Made by a program: the position numbers and the translations under genes. The notes beneath the pieces were generated by a model. The model saw only the letters and a list, made by a program, of their open reading frames with translations, did not search any database and was not told the origin of the DNA. A DNA stretch of 64,000 nucleotides, taken from Octopus bimaculoides (lineage: Eukaryota). Below, one piece after another: positions 1 through 14,188 of this stretch (position 1 is the first letter of the stretch; each line of letters begins with the position of its first letter). Where the stretch lies: NCBI RefSeq assembly GCF_001194135.2, contig NC_068990.1:87620299-87684298 (forward strand), written 5' to 3'.

Positions 1-554
1 ATTTTTGATTGTCGAAATTGTCTACTCTCGTCATATGGAGATGCTTGCAACTACACCCACATACTTGTAGATTTTTCTCTCGAAGAGGAAATAGATTAAT
101 AGGTGGAAAATTTATATTGCATAGTATTTAATATGTTTATTCATCTTTGTTGTTCATATTCAAAGTGGCCATTGGTCACTCTGAGTTATATCTCTTAGTT
201 CACTTAGGTCTAAATTATGCAAATTACTCTCACCATAAATGTTTTTTCTCCTCTTTCGCGTATGTCTCATTCTCACATCTGCTGCAGTTCATATAGAATA
301 ATTGATGTACTAATGGCGCCTAGGGATACAGAAACACTTGTCCACAGCTGGCCATATATCTTCAGGCACACAAATGGCCTGTAAATTCCGGAGAATTCTT
401 GATTCTTGAGATTCTCTACAATAAACCATTAACGATTGCGAACAAGGCATTTGTTTACTTTTCTCTTGAAAGAAAGATAATTTCAATAAATCAATAATGT
501 GCTTTGTATAGTATTTCATGTATCTTTATTCGGATTTCTTTTATATACATACAA

Positions 555-599
<45 letters not shown>

Positions 600-1312
600 C
601 ACGCATACATACATTCATACATACATAGTACATACATACATAGACGAAGACACACACATGCTAGGCACATACACACGCATAAGCACACACAAACACACAC
701 ACATATACGTAATCACTCCAAGAAGGTAGTAATGATAATTATATTCATTCCTTCATTGCGATCGTTTCAACAATGTTTGGTTTCAGACACATCGTGAATA
801 TCAATGATTGTGTGATATTACAACATATCGCATGTGACCCATATTCTTCTCGTCAGACAAACGTCAAGAAAAATCAAAAAATCACATTTGGAATGTCGAT
901 AAATCTGTTTTATTATTTACTTTTATATTTTTCTGATTAAGTGACATTTTGATTTTTTTTTTCTCTTCTTCGTTTTTTTTCTTTTTCGCATTTCTTTTGA
1001 GCTCATTGCATTTATCTACTGATTTCTTGTCTGAATTTGCATTGGTCTATGGTCATTGCTCTCTTAAAGTAAATCTGTAAAGGCAACATGCTGATTACAT
1101 CTATTGCCTGTGCATATATTTCTCTGCAGTAGAGATGATTTTTTCAACTACCATAAATCGTTCTTGTGATTAGTCTCATAGTTCTCTTCTCAAAAGCCTT
1201 GTCTATAACGGTATTCGCAAACATATTTTTGTATGTATGTGTGTGTGTATGTGTATCCTCTATATGCGTGTTAATATTGATGTAATATTTGTTATTCAGG
1301 ATGTCCCAGAAT

Positions 1313-1363
<51 letters not shown>

Positions 1364-1979
1364 NNNNNNNNNNNNNNNNNNNNNNNNNNNNNNNNNNNNN
1401 NNNNNNNNNNNNNNNNNNNNNNNNNNNNNNNNNNNNNNNNNNNNNNNNNNNNNNNNNNNNNNNNNNNNNNNNNNNNNNNNNNNNNNNNNNNNNNNNNNNN
1501 NNNNNNNNNNNNNNNNNNNNNNNNNNNNNNNNNNNNNNNNNNNNNNNNNNNNNNNNNNNNNNNNNNNNNNNNNNNNNNNNNNNNNNNNNNNNNNNNNNNN
1601 NNNNNNNNNNNNNNNNNNNNNNNNNNNNNNNNNNNNNNNNNNNNNNNNNNNNNNNNNNNNNNNNNNNNNNNNNNNNNNNNNNNNNNNNNNNNNNNNNNNN
1701 NNNNNNNNNNNNNNNNNNNNNNNNNNNNNNNNNNNNNNNNNNNNNNNNNNNNNNNNNNNNNNNNNNNNNNNNNNNNNNNNNNNNNNNNNNNNNNNNNNNN
1801 NNNNNNNNNNNNNNNNNNNNNNNNNNNNNNNNNNNNNNNNNNNNNNNNNNNNNNNNNNNNNNNNNNNNNNNNNNNNNNNNNNNNNNNNNNNNNNNNNNNN
1901 NNNNNNNNNNNNNNNNNNNNNNNNNNNNNNNNNNNNNNNNNNNNNNNNNNNNNNNNNNNNNNNNNNNNNNNNNNNNNNN

Positions 1980-2052
<73 letters not shown>

Positions 2053-2196
2053 GATCGCTTTACACGTCCAAGGCATTTGGAAACCATTTAAAAGCTGTGT
2101 GGAATGACAGATCCGTTACTTGAAAAACTCATAAGGGTTTGGCTGTAAAACAGTAACTCAACATCATGTTTATCTAACTCGCCCTTATGTATATTC

Positions 2197-2276
<80 letters not shown>

Positions 2277-2364
2277 CATATATATACACATATATATATA
2301 TACTTCTACAAATATGTATACGTATATATTATTATGGTCGTTATTTATTTCGTATCTATAGTTT

Positions 2365-2560
2365 GGTACTTGTTTCAGTTATAAGACTGCGGCCATTCTG
2401 GGGCACCGTTTTCAAAAACTTTATTCGAACGAATTGACCCCGGTACGTTTTAAAGCCCGGAACTTATTCACGTGGAATCTATGCTGAACTGCTACGCTTC
2501 GGGAACGTAAGCACACCAACATCAGTTGCCAAGCGGCGGTGGAGGAGGACAAGCACAGGT
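2365..2560 (-). mobile_element. SINE B 3' half (diverged)
   Basis: tacttgtttcagt...ctgcggccat.ctgg.gcaccg...acaccaacatc.gttg.caagcg. Confidence 0.6.
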
Positions 2561-2673
2561 ACAATACACACACACACACACATACACACACACACAAAAT
2601 AAATGCCTGTTGGACACTGGTATCAATGTAATCAACTTATCCCCTCCACCGAAATTGTTGGCGTTATGTCAAA

Positions 2674-2674
<1 letters not shown>

Positions 2675-2714
<40 letters not shown>

Positions 2715-2715
2715 C

Positions 2716-2787
<72 letters not shown>

Positions 2788-2842
2788 GTTATTATTATCA
2801 TTATTATTATTATAATTATTATTATTATTACTACTACTATTA
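2675..2842. repeat. Long (ATT)n microsatellite
   Basis: Direct reading; source of spurious poly-Y/L ORFs. Confidence 0.95.
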
Positions 2843-3035
2843 TGGCGACGGGCTGGAAGAATCGTTAATACGCCGGGCGAAATGTTTAGCTGTATTTCGT
2901 TTGCTGCTACGTTCTGAGTTCAAATTTCACCGAGGACAACTTTACATTTCATCCTTTCGAGGTCGATAAATTAAGTACCAGTTGAGTTCTGGGGTCAATG
3001 TGAGAGACTGTACCCCTCCCCAAAAAATCCAGGCC
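2843..3035 (+). mobile_element. tRNA-derived SINE family A
   Basis: Head gctgg.agaatcgtta, B box ttctgagttcaaatt, core ggtcgataaattaagtaccagt. Many copies in window. Confidence 0.8.
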
Positions 3036-3509
3036 GATAGTAGAAAGAATGTGCCTATCACTCGTTCTTTTAGTGTTGTCTACTCTACGACCTTTTTCGC
3101 TATAACTACCAGTCAGAGAAACCACTGCATGCTCTTCTCGGCCAAATAATAATTCCCAGACAAGAACGAATTTAATAATAACACAGGGGGAAACATACAG
3201 CTTTATGAAAACAAACCAAAATCCAGTATCTCCAAATCAAATTTTGAAATTAATAAAGATGGAAAAAAAAATTGATGTTTTAAGGATTTCAGTAAGTATA
3301 AAGTGGAGCTTTGTGTCTTGTGATTATTGCGTGCAAGATGCGACTATATTTCTAAAATAATATACACTGCGTGCAAAAATGACGGAAGATGAGAAATGGA
3401 ACGAACAAAACAAAATGAAATGAACCTAAATATAAGCAACGCCACGTAAAAATAGATAAAATATATTTATAAATAAATCAAAAAGCATAAAAATAATAAT
3501 GATGATAGC

Positions 3510-3564
<55 letters not shown>

Positions 3565-3785
3565 GTCCTATCTACTATAGGCAGAAGGCCGGAATTTTTA
3601 GTGGGCTGGGGGCGGGTGTAGAATTGTTGATCATATTGACTCCAGTACCTGGGTGGTACTTATTTCATTGACTCCCGAAAGGTTTAAAGGCAAAGTTGGC
3701 TTCCTCAGCATTTGACCTAGCAGCTTGAACAGCTGATAGAAATGCCGCCAAGCATTTCGTCCAACGTGGAAACGATTCCGCCTTT
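3565..3785 (-). mobile_element. SINE family A (diverged)
   Basis: Reverse complement of the family A core (ggtacttatttcattgactcccgaaagg). Confidence 0.7.
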
Positions 3786-4395
3786 AGTACTAGAATAATA
3801 ATAGACGTCATGCCTAGTCAGGCGATTCTAGATTTTTGGTCTCGCATTACAAAGCAAAGCAAGCAGCTTATCCACCATATATAAATCTCCGTAGCCTTAC
3901 GTTATCATGATATCAAGCTATATATATATATATATCAGCTATTTTAGCTGCTATTTTTCTGAACTTCGGTATATGGTGAAGCAAATATTTTGCTGATCCC
4001 TTAATTATATTTATAAATATATGAACTTTTTTTGAATAAGTTCCCCACCAATAATGGTGCTTTCATACCGTTGGGCTTGGTNNNNNNNNNNACTGTCTAT
4101 GTGATCTCAAATTTTAAAGCAAACACATAATTTTCTTATGGTTTCTTAAACATTCACTTGAACAAAACTGTACAAATCCAAATATATGGTACCCTAGGCA
4201 TAACACCTACAAGAACTTCTAACTTGTTGTCTCTTGAGGTCTCTGGGTGAGACTTGGATCCAACTTGTACAAATGCAAAACAAAAGTCAAACATAAAATA
4301 ATAATAATAATAATAATAAACCACGAACGATCGAGTCAAGATGTATGCGGAATTGCGTTGCATGAGTTTAATGTGGTTCAATATGGCGGTCATGT

Positions 4396-4565
4396 AGGCA
4401 GCGAGCAAGCAGAATCGTTAGCACGCCGGACAAAATGCTTAGGAGCGACATTTCGTCCGTCTTTACATTCTGAGTTAAAATTCTGACGAGGTCGACTTAC
4501 ATCAACCCCCCCCCTTCCAGACACACACATACACACCGAAATTACTGACCTTGTGCCAAAATGAA
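4396..4565 (+). mobile_element. SINE family A (internally deleted)
   Basis: gcagaatcgttagcacgccggacaaaatgctt...ttctgagttaaaatt. Confidence 0.75.
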
Positions 4566-5573
4566 AGTCATAATACATGGTTCTGGAGGAGTGCTTTCTC
4601 AAACAGTTAGCACGGAACTAAAATGTCTGTATCTTAATGCTAATGTCTGAAATAAAAATAAAATTCAAGGCGAACCAATAAAAATTACATTGAATTTTAC
4701 AATCCTATTGCAATTCGATAACATATACATTACACATCAACGTTACAATTATATATTACAAACCAAGATGTATGAATCGTAAAAGTAACAATCAAAGAAA
4801 CGAGTAGGAATAAAAACTCCCACTCACTTGTGAATATACGAAGATTTATATTAAACAATAATACTATCCTTAAAATTGAAAAGAGAACAACACATACAAA
4901 GAGTACATATGAAAATAAACAAAAGTGCCAACTGAACATAAAAGTGTAACCTACCAGAAATCAATGAAAGCATCACATAAAAACAAAAGCATAAGATTCA
5001 CAATCGGAAAACAACACTACAAAAGAAACAACATAGAATATGTGAGCTCTCAAATCAATGAAAGTATCGTATCGTCCACTACATAAGTGGCAAACAAGAC
5101 ATTATAGCAAATCAGATACAGACACAAAGAAAAAAGAACTGGAATCTAAAATGAGGATAAAAGCCTAAATTTCTCAAAGGAAGCATTGAACCAAATAAAC
5201 TGCCACAACAAAAACGTATTCTAGACACCAAACTAAATTACAAACAGAGTAAAAACATACATCACAAGAGAATAAGCAAAGTTAATATTGAGGGTTTAAA
5301 ATTGATAAACAAGGATCAACGTTTACACCTGCCCAAGCTACACACGATCGAGCAACTCCTCGAAAGAATACATAAATATAACTGGGCCCTACAAGAAATT
5401 CTTTCCACGGAAGCAAACCATTGAATATCAACAGACTGAAAGATCCTATTCAAGTTGTATCGAGAGAAACCGAGCATGATTTCAATGGAGTCATACCCTC
5501 CTAAAAAAAGCGTATATAATATATACAAAATATATTGTATAAAATTGAGAAACAAACCTATAAGACTTTCTTT

Positions 5574-5705
5574 CGGATTGGTAGTTTCTTATCATATCGC
5601 ATCATCAAAGCATATGTTGATAGAGCTCTTTCTGCTCCATGCTCGATTAAGTCTGGTGTTCCCTAGGGTTTGGTTCTGTCTTCGTCTCTCTTTCTTCAAT
5701 TATTC
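5574..5705 (+). mobile_element. CR1/L2/Jockey-group RT fragment
   Basis: RIGSFLSYR..AYVDRALSAPCSIKSGVP*GLVLSSSLF, equivalent to WI.SFLS.R...V.V....S....SGVPQGSVL.P.LF. Confidence 0.7.
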
Positions 5706-5863
5706 AAAACCTGTTTGCACACTTATAAAACATAAGTCAAATTCCCGCCAGACACAGTGAAGGGTTATAAAGAACGGGCACCAGGAAAATAACTTCCATT
5801 AAAGCCTTAATAACTGGGAACATCTGAAAGCTCTGTGTCTCTACTCTTTACGCCAAAGACAGA

Positions 5864-5918
5864 GATATATTATGATATATTATGATATATTATGATATAT
5901 TATGATATATTATGATAT
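5864..5918. repeat. 10-bp minisatellite (TATGATATAT) x about 5
   Basis: Direct reading. Confidence 0.9.
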
Positions 5919-6294
5919 TCGTGTGAAAAACGCTGAAGGAGTATGTTCCAAATTTGGACATTAGGGAGAATGTTAATGCATGTACTGGTAGATACTGCCA
6001 GCTTCCAAATATACCAGATTCGAAATCACGAGCAAAAACAAACATTATGGAAATACCTAAAAAATACTTAAAATGAAACAATACTTGAAACAAAAGCTCC
6101 TCACTAAATTGCACAAAAATGTTATGAACGAAAACATGGATTATTTAGATATTTAGATAAAATGAACATTCGACTTCAATGCAATCCGATTGAGTTTTGT
6201 TGAGAAATAAGTAGAAATGAAATAGATATCAATACAACTGTAATAAGAAGACGTAGTAGAAAACTAGGAAGGGGCATTGACAATAAAATAATCA

Positions 6295-6507
6295 TTTCTT
6301 TATTGGCCACAAGGGCCGAAATTTGTGGGGAGGGGACTATTCGTTTACATCGACCCCAGTGTTTCAGTGGTACTTAATTTATCGACCCCGAAAGAATAAA
6401 AGGTAAAGTCGACCACGGCGGAATATGAACTCAGAACGTAGCGACAGGCGAAACACTGCGAAGCATTTCTTCCAGCGTGTTAACGGTTCTGCCACCTCGC
6501 CGCCTTA
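6295..6507 (-). mobile_element. SINE family A, near full length
   Basis: Reverse complement of head, B box and core. Tail ggcccttgtggccaataaaga. Confidence 0.85.
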
Positions 6508-8315
6508 CTGAGAATAAAATAATGACCATACACGAGATTGTTCAAACACAGCAGCTGAATAATCATAGGAGTCCACAACGCATGTAATATTTCATACTCT
6601 GTTTATTAGCATGGAGAAAAAAACAAGGAAAATTTCAACACTGCCTGGGAAGCACGTGTCTCAAAGCTGGAACGGAAGGTCTTACGATACGATAGCAAAT
6701 TATTTCCGCTAGAAACTACCGAAAAGCGTCAACCAGCTTCTACAAATGGATGACCGCAAGTTACATAATTTTATATTCTAGTTTATATATTCAAACAACA
6801 AGAAGTCTGAAATTATATTAGACACAATGGACAGATTCAGTTGGCATGAAATTCGACTTAGAAAAATCCTCAAGGCAATCTCAGTCTACAAGAAAAGGAA
6901 ATCAGTATAAACCATTAATTTCAGATATAAACAGAGATAAGAGAATTGGAACAAATACAGATTTACATATTCTGAATAATTAATGAGTTAGACTGAATAT
7001 AAGACATTCACATGGATGAAAAAAAAAGGTGAGAAAGGAATATTACAGACGTACTAGATTAATACAGAGCTAAATGCCACAGTAATACATTCACATTTTA
7101 GTTGTTCCATTAATAAGTTATATTCATATTTTTCTCAACTAGAATATTAGTGAATTAGCAAGAGTTGATAGAAAAACAAGGAAAATAATAACGATTTATT
7201 ATTCCTGTCTTTCTGGCTCAGAAAGATTAAATTTACTCCAAATAAAAGAAATGTATTAGTCTTCTGTTATTAGAAAAATTATTAAAACTCCGTGTTGTAA
7301 CACAATAAAATATCTGGTAAAGAATAAGGAGAAACTAAAACAATTACAAAGCCTAAAATAAAGCAGACTATTTTCTTCTCAGATATAAAGAATGGTGTGA
7401 TGAGGATATTGGAAGATAACCGAAATTTTAAAAAAATCTAAGCGGAAAATGGGATTACAAAATCTCATGTTGAAACGTTGATAAGAAAATCCCATACATA
7501 ACTAATATTCAAAATGTTTGAGCTAAGGAAAAGTAGATAAAAAAAAATCTCAGTACAAACTGAAAACCTCAAAACTGTGACTAAAGGTTTGTATTAATGC
7601 TTCAAAAAGAAAGAAAGAAAGAAAAACCTTCGATATAATAAAAGGCGAAGTACTCCGCAAAGAGTTACACACACACACAACCTTCAGAAAGTAGTAATAT
7701 TAAGCCGAGTAGACAACTTACTATAACACTCCTCTAACTATCCTTATAGGTCATCCGTCAACGTAGTTACAAATGTGATTGTGAATCTGTCCAGTTTTCA
7801 CCAGTTATAGCCGTGATGTTGAACATATTCTTTAACAGACAAAATGTTTTCTATTCAAAGTTTAAGTCAGTGCAATAATTTAACATTTCACCTCGTTCCT
7901 GCACAGCATCATAGTCGTTTTGTACTTTATGTTGGTAATTAGTATACTATTGTCATGGAACATTATGTCAGACTTAGAAAAAGTCATTTATTGGTATGTA
8001 TGCTAAAGTTCAGTAGTATATTCACATTCTCATGTAAGATCGGTACAATTCAAATAAATACCATATAATTTTTACTTCAAGGATTTGGAACTAGAGTTTC
8101 CTCCGCACTTAATCTTCTGGTTCTCTACAAATCATAATGGTGAACAACAATGGATTACTATCCAGACATCCGGGATAGTACTATTGCAACAGTACAAGTT
8201 TACTAGACGGCATCTTCAAAAGAGGTTACCCAACTAACAGATATGAAGTAAGTTGTGTGTTAGCACACTCGAAACTCTATCCCACGAAAGTGCTGTTCCC
8301 TCTCTCACCCTTTTC

Positions 8316-8373
<58 letters not shown>

Positions 8374-8550
8374 NNNNNNNNNNNNNNNNNNNNNNNNNNN
8401 NNNNNNNNNNNNNNNNNNNNNNNNNNNNNNNNNNNNNNNNNNNNNNNNNNNNNNNNNNNNNNNCTATTCTTATACCACCATATGCATTACTATATCTACT
8501 AATTGTTTCTCCTGCATCTCTCACACCATGAACTCTAACATACTCCTCAA

Positions 8551-8602
8551 CATTCTGAAGAGATCTGCCAAACCATTTGGCACATCGAAACGTTCGTAAA
8601 TG
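8551..8602 (+). ncRNA. Type I hammerhead ribozyme motif (canonical core)
   Basis: CATT-CTGAAGA-[GATCTGCCAAA cca TTTGGCACATC]-GAAA-CGTTCGTA-AATG. Core CUGAAGA/GAAA, G10.1-C11.1 present, stem II 10/11 bp, short stem III (AC/GU + GUUC), GUA triplet, stem I CATT/AATG. Confidence 0.7.
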
Positions 8603-8692
8603 ATTCATTATATAATCTCCACATAATTAAATCAATGGCTAACTAGCCCAGTTGACTTGCTTCTTCTTGTGCTTGTTTCTCCATTCTCCACA

Positions 8693-8732
<40 letters not shown>

Positions 8733-9211
8733 CACACACATACATACATACAGACGCGCGCGCGTATATAAATATATACACGCATCAAGATAAAGGTAAG
8801 AAACCTAAAATAACACATCGTTCCAACTTAAAATTCTCAAGAGCACAAATCAAAATCCTTTGGAAAGGTTTAAAAATTTCCGCCACACCACAGTATCCTA
8901 ATGCCAATGAAATGCGGAATGATATCTCTAATCATTCGAGAAAATTAAGATTAGCGGAAGAACATTTCGAAGAAGAAATCACTGATCAATCCAATGTGCA
9001 AAATAAGAGTCATTACAACCGAACAAAAGAGAGAAAGAAAACACATGACAAATATTTTGTGAGTTTATATTCATCTCCCCTTGCAATGAACTTCCACTTT
9101 CATAACTGCAGCTCAGTACTAGTCGTACAGAATGGAGAACTATATATGAGCTATGTATGTATGTATGTATCTCTCTCCCTCTCTTTCTCTCTGTATGCAT
9201 ATACATATATA

Positions 9212-9269
<58 letters not shown>

Positions 9270-9783
9270 CATATATATANNNNNNNNNNNNNNNNNNNNN
9301 NNNNNNNNNNNNNNNNNNNNNNNNNNNNNNNNNNNNNNNNNNNNNNNNNNNNNNNNNNNNNNNNNNNNNNNNNNNNNNNNNNNNNNNNNNNNNNNNNNNN
9401 NNNNNNNNNNNNNNNNNNNNNNNNNNNNNNNNNNNNNNNNNNNNNNNNNNNNNNNNNNNNNNNNNNNNNNNNNNNNNNNNNNNNNNNNNNNNNNNNNNNN
9501 NNNNNNNNNNNNNNNNNNNNNNNNNNNNNNNNNNNNNNNNNNNNNNNNNNNNNNNNNNNNNNNNNNNNNNNNNNNNNNNNNNNNNNNNNNNNNNNNNNNN
9601 NNNNNNNNNNNNNNNNNNNNNNNNNNNNNNNNNNNNNNNNNNNNNNNNNNNNNNNNNNNNNNNNNNNNNNNNNNNNNNNNNNNNNNNNNNNNNNNNNNNN
9701 NNNNNNNNNNNNNNNNNNNNNNNNNNNNNNNNNNNNNNNNNNNNNNNNNNNNNNNNNNNNNNNNNNNNNNNNNNNNNNNNNNN

Positions 9784-9838
<55 letters not shown>

Positions 9839-10267
9839 TTTTTGTATATTTAAATACTGTTTGGTCTGGCTAGAAAATAACGCAGTAAAGAAGAGATTAC
9901 TGAAATAATAATCTGTTATAGCAATCAGAAACAGCGTCACTTCTAGCACGTTCAAGTGTTTATCAATAAATCCTATAATACAGTGATAATATTACCTGAA
10001 ACAATGTATCATATTGTGTGAAAACGTCTACCATTAACACCAGCTAAATATAAAGAGAGCGGACAGAGCAACATAGACAAGAAACCAAATTGTTTTACAT
10101 AGAACTGTAACCTGCCGCCGCCAGTTTCATGTATTGATATAGTTTAGAAGGGTCATTTACTAATAAATCAACACACGTTGACTGAAGTTCACTTCTTAAT
10201 TGATTTAATGAAGTATTTTGTTAGAAATCTTTAACATTTTCTAAAAGTTACTTGCAACACATGTGGA

Positions 10268-10318
<51 letters not shown>

Positions 10319-10334
10319 GCGTGCGTGCATGTGT

Positions 10335-10490
10335 CTTATTCTTCACTTGTTTCGATCATTGGACTGTAGTCTTACTGAGCAACGTCCCCAAGGGTGCAGT
10401 CGAATAGATCGATTGCCTAGGTACTGATTTTATCAGTTATTTTGCTGAAACGCTGAGTTACGGGTACAAACACGAGCACAAAGGTACATA
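10335..10490 (-). mobile_element. SINE B 3' fragment (diverged)
   Basis: cttgtttc.atcatt...ttttgctgaaacgct.agttacggg. Confidence 0.5.
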
Positions 10491-10655
10491 TACGTAAATA
10501 TCCATAAATATAGATAGATAGATAGATAGATAGGTTTCTTTATTAGCCACACAGGNNNNNNNNNNNNNNNNNNNNNNNNNNNNNNNNNNNNNNNNNNNNN
10601 NNNNNNNNNNNNNNNNNNNNNNNNNNNNNNNNNNNNNNNNNNNNNNNNNNNNNNN

Positions 10656-10696
<41 letters not shown>

Positions 10697-11499
10697 CAAA
10701 TATACGTATACATAGATGCATATATGGAATTGGAAATTTCCAAAAAGATCAGTGGCATTCTTTTTGAAAACACAGTTAATCTCTGAAGAGAACAATGATT
10801 AAATGAAGAACCAACATCTCTTCGACGCTGGGAAAGGAACGCTGCCTAGTTTAGTAGGTACGAAAAAGAACTTCAAGCATAAAATAATGCTAATTCATTT
10901 CTAAGGAAAATTAAAGCAGCCCAGTTTTATTCACAAACATCAACAATTAAAAATTTCATCCACCAAAGGTTTTCAAAAAATAAGTCCAATTTCAGGTTCC
11001 TCAGTCAACAAAATGGTAGGGAAGTATTACTAACTGATAACATTTTTCTTCAGTAGAATAATAAAAAATAAATATTTTTAACACTTTTGTGTAAACACTT
11101 ATTATATTACTTATTTATATTTCTCTTTTCTAACTGTCATATGACATATTCAATGGAGAAATGCTTTTATGAGCCCTCTTGCGCGCCTGCCACTTGAGAG
11201 TAATACGTGAACGTTGACCAGTCATGTTGTACAGTAACAGATAGCGTTCTGAGCCACATTTCTACTGCAAGAGAAACTATATTTATAACACCGGTCAGGA
11301 TAGACATAATTCCTGACAGGACACGTTACATTAAACACTTCTGAAAATTTATTGTGGAACCGGTCTAGAGTATTCCTTATTATACTAAAATATAAAGAAA
11401 GTCTAATTAAACTTATTATATTATTGGAAATCAAGCTTCTTAACCACACAGCTACGCCTACACATTATATTTGTAATCAGGATATATCATAATGTTATA

Positions 11500-11600
11500 C
11501 AGTGTTCTGAGTTCAATCCAACTGTGTGGCACCATGGGCTAGTGTCTTCTACTACTGCCCTAGAATACCTTCTGAATAGATTTGGTAGGCTCTTCATCTA

Positions 11601-11648
<48 letters not shown>

Positions 11649-11810
11649 TCTACCTGTTTAGATTGATAGATAGATAGATAGACAGTGTCTTTATATATAT
11701 GTCTTCACTTCACCACTGCTTGACAGTTGGTGTTGGTTTGTTTACGTCTCCATATCTTAACGATTTGTCAAAAGCAACTGATAGAATAAGTAACAGGTTT
11801 TAAAACATAA
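11500..11810 (+). mobile_element. SINE B with internal (TCTG)n(TCTA)n
   Basis: tgtggcaccatgggctagtgtcttctact...ccactgcttgaca...tgtttacgtc...gatagaataagta. Confidence 0.7.
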
Positions 11811-11819
11811 GTATCAAAT

Positions 11820-11960
11820 CCAGGACTTATTCTTTGTAAGCCTAGTACTTATTATATCGGGGTTTTTTGACGATCTGCTAAGTTACGGGAACGTAAACAC
11901 AGCAGCAATGATTTTCAAGCGATTTTGTGCGGGGGCGGTCAAACACACACACACACACAC
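11820..11960 (-). mobile_element. SINE B 3' half
   Basis: aggacttattctttgtaagcctagtacttatt...ctaagttacggg.acgtaaacac. Confidence 0.8.
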
Positions 11961-12016
11961 ACATATGTGTGTGTGTTTTACTGCCCCCACCCAAAATCGC
12001 TTGACAACCGATACTG

Positions 12017-12050
<34 letters not shown>

Positions 12051-12360
12051 NNNNNNNNNNNNNNNNNNNNNNNNNNNNNNNNNNNNNNNNNNNNNNNNNN
12101 NNNNNNNNNNNNNNNNNNNNNNNNNNNNNNNNNNNNNNNNNNNNNNNNNNNNNNNNNNNNNNNNNNNNNNNNNNNNNNNNNNNNNNNNNNNNNNNNNNNN
12201 NNNNNNNNNNNNNNNNNNNNNNNNNNNNNNNNNNNNNNNNNNNNNNNNNNNNNNNNNNNNNNNNNNNNNNNNNNNNNNNNNNNNNNNNNNNNNNNNNNNN
12301 NNNNNNNNNNNNNNNNNNNNNNNNNNNNNNNNNNNNNNNNNGATAGATAGATAGATAGAG

Positions 12361-12409
<49 letters not shown>

Positions 12410-12420
12410 TGCACACACAC

Positions 12421-12496
<76 letters not shown>

Positions 12497-12969
12497 TTAT
12501 ATATGTATATATCCATATATATATATATAATATATTATATAATATATATATGAATGTATATGCATCTCATTAAAACTATGATTTAAATATGTTAAATCAC
12601 ACCCACATGCAGATATGTCACACGTACTCACACGAGCGAGCTCGGCTCCACGCCCACACAACATTGCACCTACGCGTATTGGTTAGAATGACTTGTGTGC
12701 TTGTATGTATGTGTGCACGCACGTATTGTGAATGATTCTGTTGTCATGTGACAAAAGTAGTTATCCATTCAGTATAGTTATCATTCACATGAATTCATTG
12801 CTGTTCGTTGTAAAGAGAGTTGGATTGAGCGAAAGAGTTAAAGAAGCATAGAAAGGGTGATAGAGTGAAGTAATTCTTGCACGGAGGAATGTATCTGTGA
12901 ATGTGACTATGTCGATGCACATGTATTGGTTCCTAGTATTACCCATCTATCTATCTATCTATCTATCTA

Positions 12970-13002
<33 letters not shown>

Positions 13003-13962
13003 TTATATATGTGTATATATACATCGAGAGAGAGAGAGAGAGGGGGTAGATAGATGGATGAATGGTTAAACGGACGAAATGACGGACGGATGAACGGACA
13101 GAATAGATGAACGTATATATNNNNNNNNNNNNNNNNNNNNNNNNNNNNNNNNNNNNNNNNNNNNNNNNNNNNNNNNNNNNNNNNNNNNNNNNNNNNNNNN
13201 NNNNNNNNNNNNNNNNNNNNNNNNNNNNNNNNNNNNNNNNNNNNNNNNNNNNNNNNNNNNNNNNNNNNNNNNNNNNNNNNNNNNNNNNNNNNNNNNNNNN
13301 NNNNNNNNNNNNNNNNNNNNNNNNNNNNNNNNNNNNNNNNNNNNNNNNNNNNNNNNNNNNNNNNNNNNNNNNNNNNNNNNNNNNNNNNNNNNNNNNNNNN
13401 NNNNNNNNNNNNNNNNNNNNNNNNNNNNNNNNNNNNNNNNNNNNNNNNNNNNNNNNNNNNNNNNNNNNNNNNNNNNNNNNNNNNNNNNNNNNNNNNNNNN
13501 NNNNNNNNNNNNNNNNNNNNNNNNNNNNNNNNNNNNNNNNNNNNNNNNNNNNNNNNNNNNNNNNNNNNNNNNNNNNNNNNNNNNNNNNNNNNNNNNNNNN
13601 NNNNNNNNNNNNNNNNNNNNNNNNNNNNNNNNNNNNNNNNNNNNNNNNNNNNNNNNNNNNNNNNNNNNNNNNNNNNNNNNNNNNNNNNNNNNNNNNNNNN
13701 NNNNNNNNNNNNNNNNNNNNNNNNNNNNNNNNNNNNNNNNNNNNNNNNNNNNNNNNNNNNNNNNNNNNNNNNNNNNNNNNNNNNNNNNNNNNNNNNNNNN
13801 NNNNNNNNNNNNNNNNNNNNNNNNNNNNNNNNNNNNNNNNNNNNNNNNNNNNNNNNNNNNNNNNNNNAGACAGACAAATATTAAAAAGATTAACGGATTT
13901 ATAGCTTCATTTACAATCCAATCAGACATATCTCCTTCCGAATAGTTCCTTCCACTCTCATT

Positions 13963-14188
13963 TCTTTACTGCCCACAACGGGCTACACAGAGGGGACAAA
14001 CAAGCACAGACAAACGGATTAAGTCGATTATACCGACCCCAGTGCGTAACTGGTACTTATTTAATCGACCCCGAAAGGATGAAAGGCAAAGTCGACCTAG
14101 GCGGAATTTGAACTCAGAACGTAAAGACAGACGAAATACTGCTCAGCATTTCGCCCGGCGTGCTAACGTTTCTGCCAACTCACCGCCC
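13963..14188 (-). mobile_element. SINE family A, full length
   Basis: actggtacttatttaatcgaccccgaaaggatgaaaggcaaagtcgacc...gaactcagaacg...gtgctaacg. Confidence 0.9.

Noticed and set aside
310-519. Minus-strand ORF ending LQAICVPEDIWPAVDKCFCIPRRH
   Set aside because: No recognisable family, several alternative frames and no clear donor; insufficient support for a CDS.
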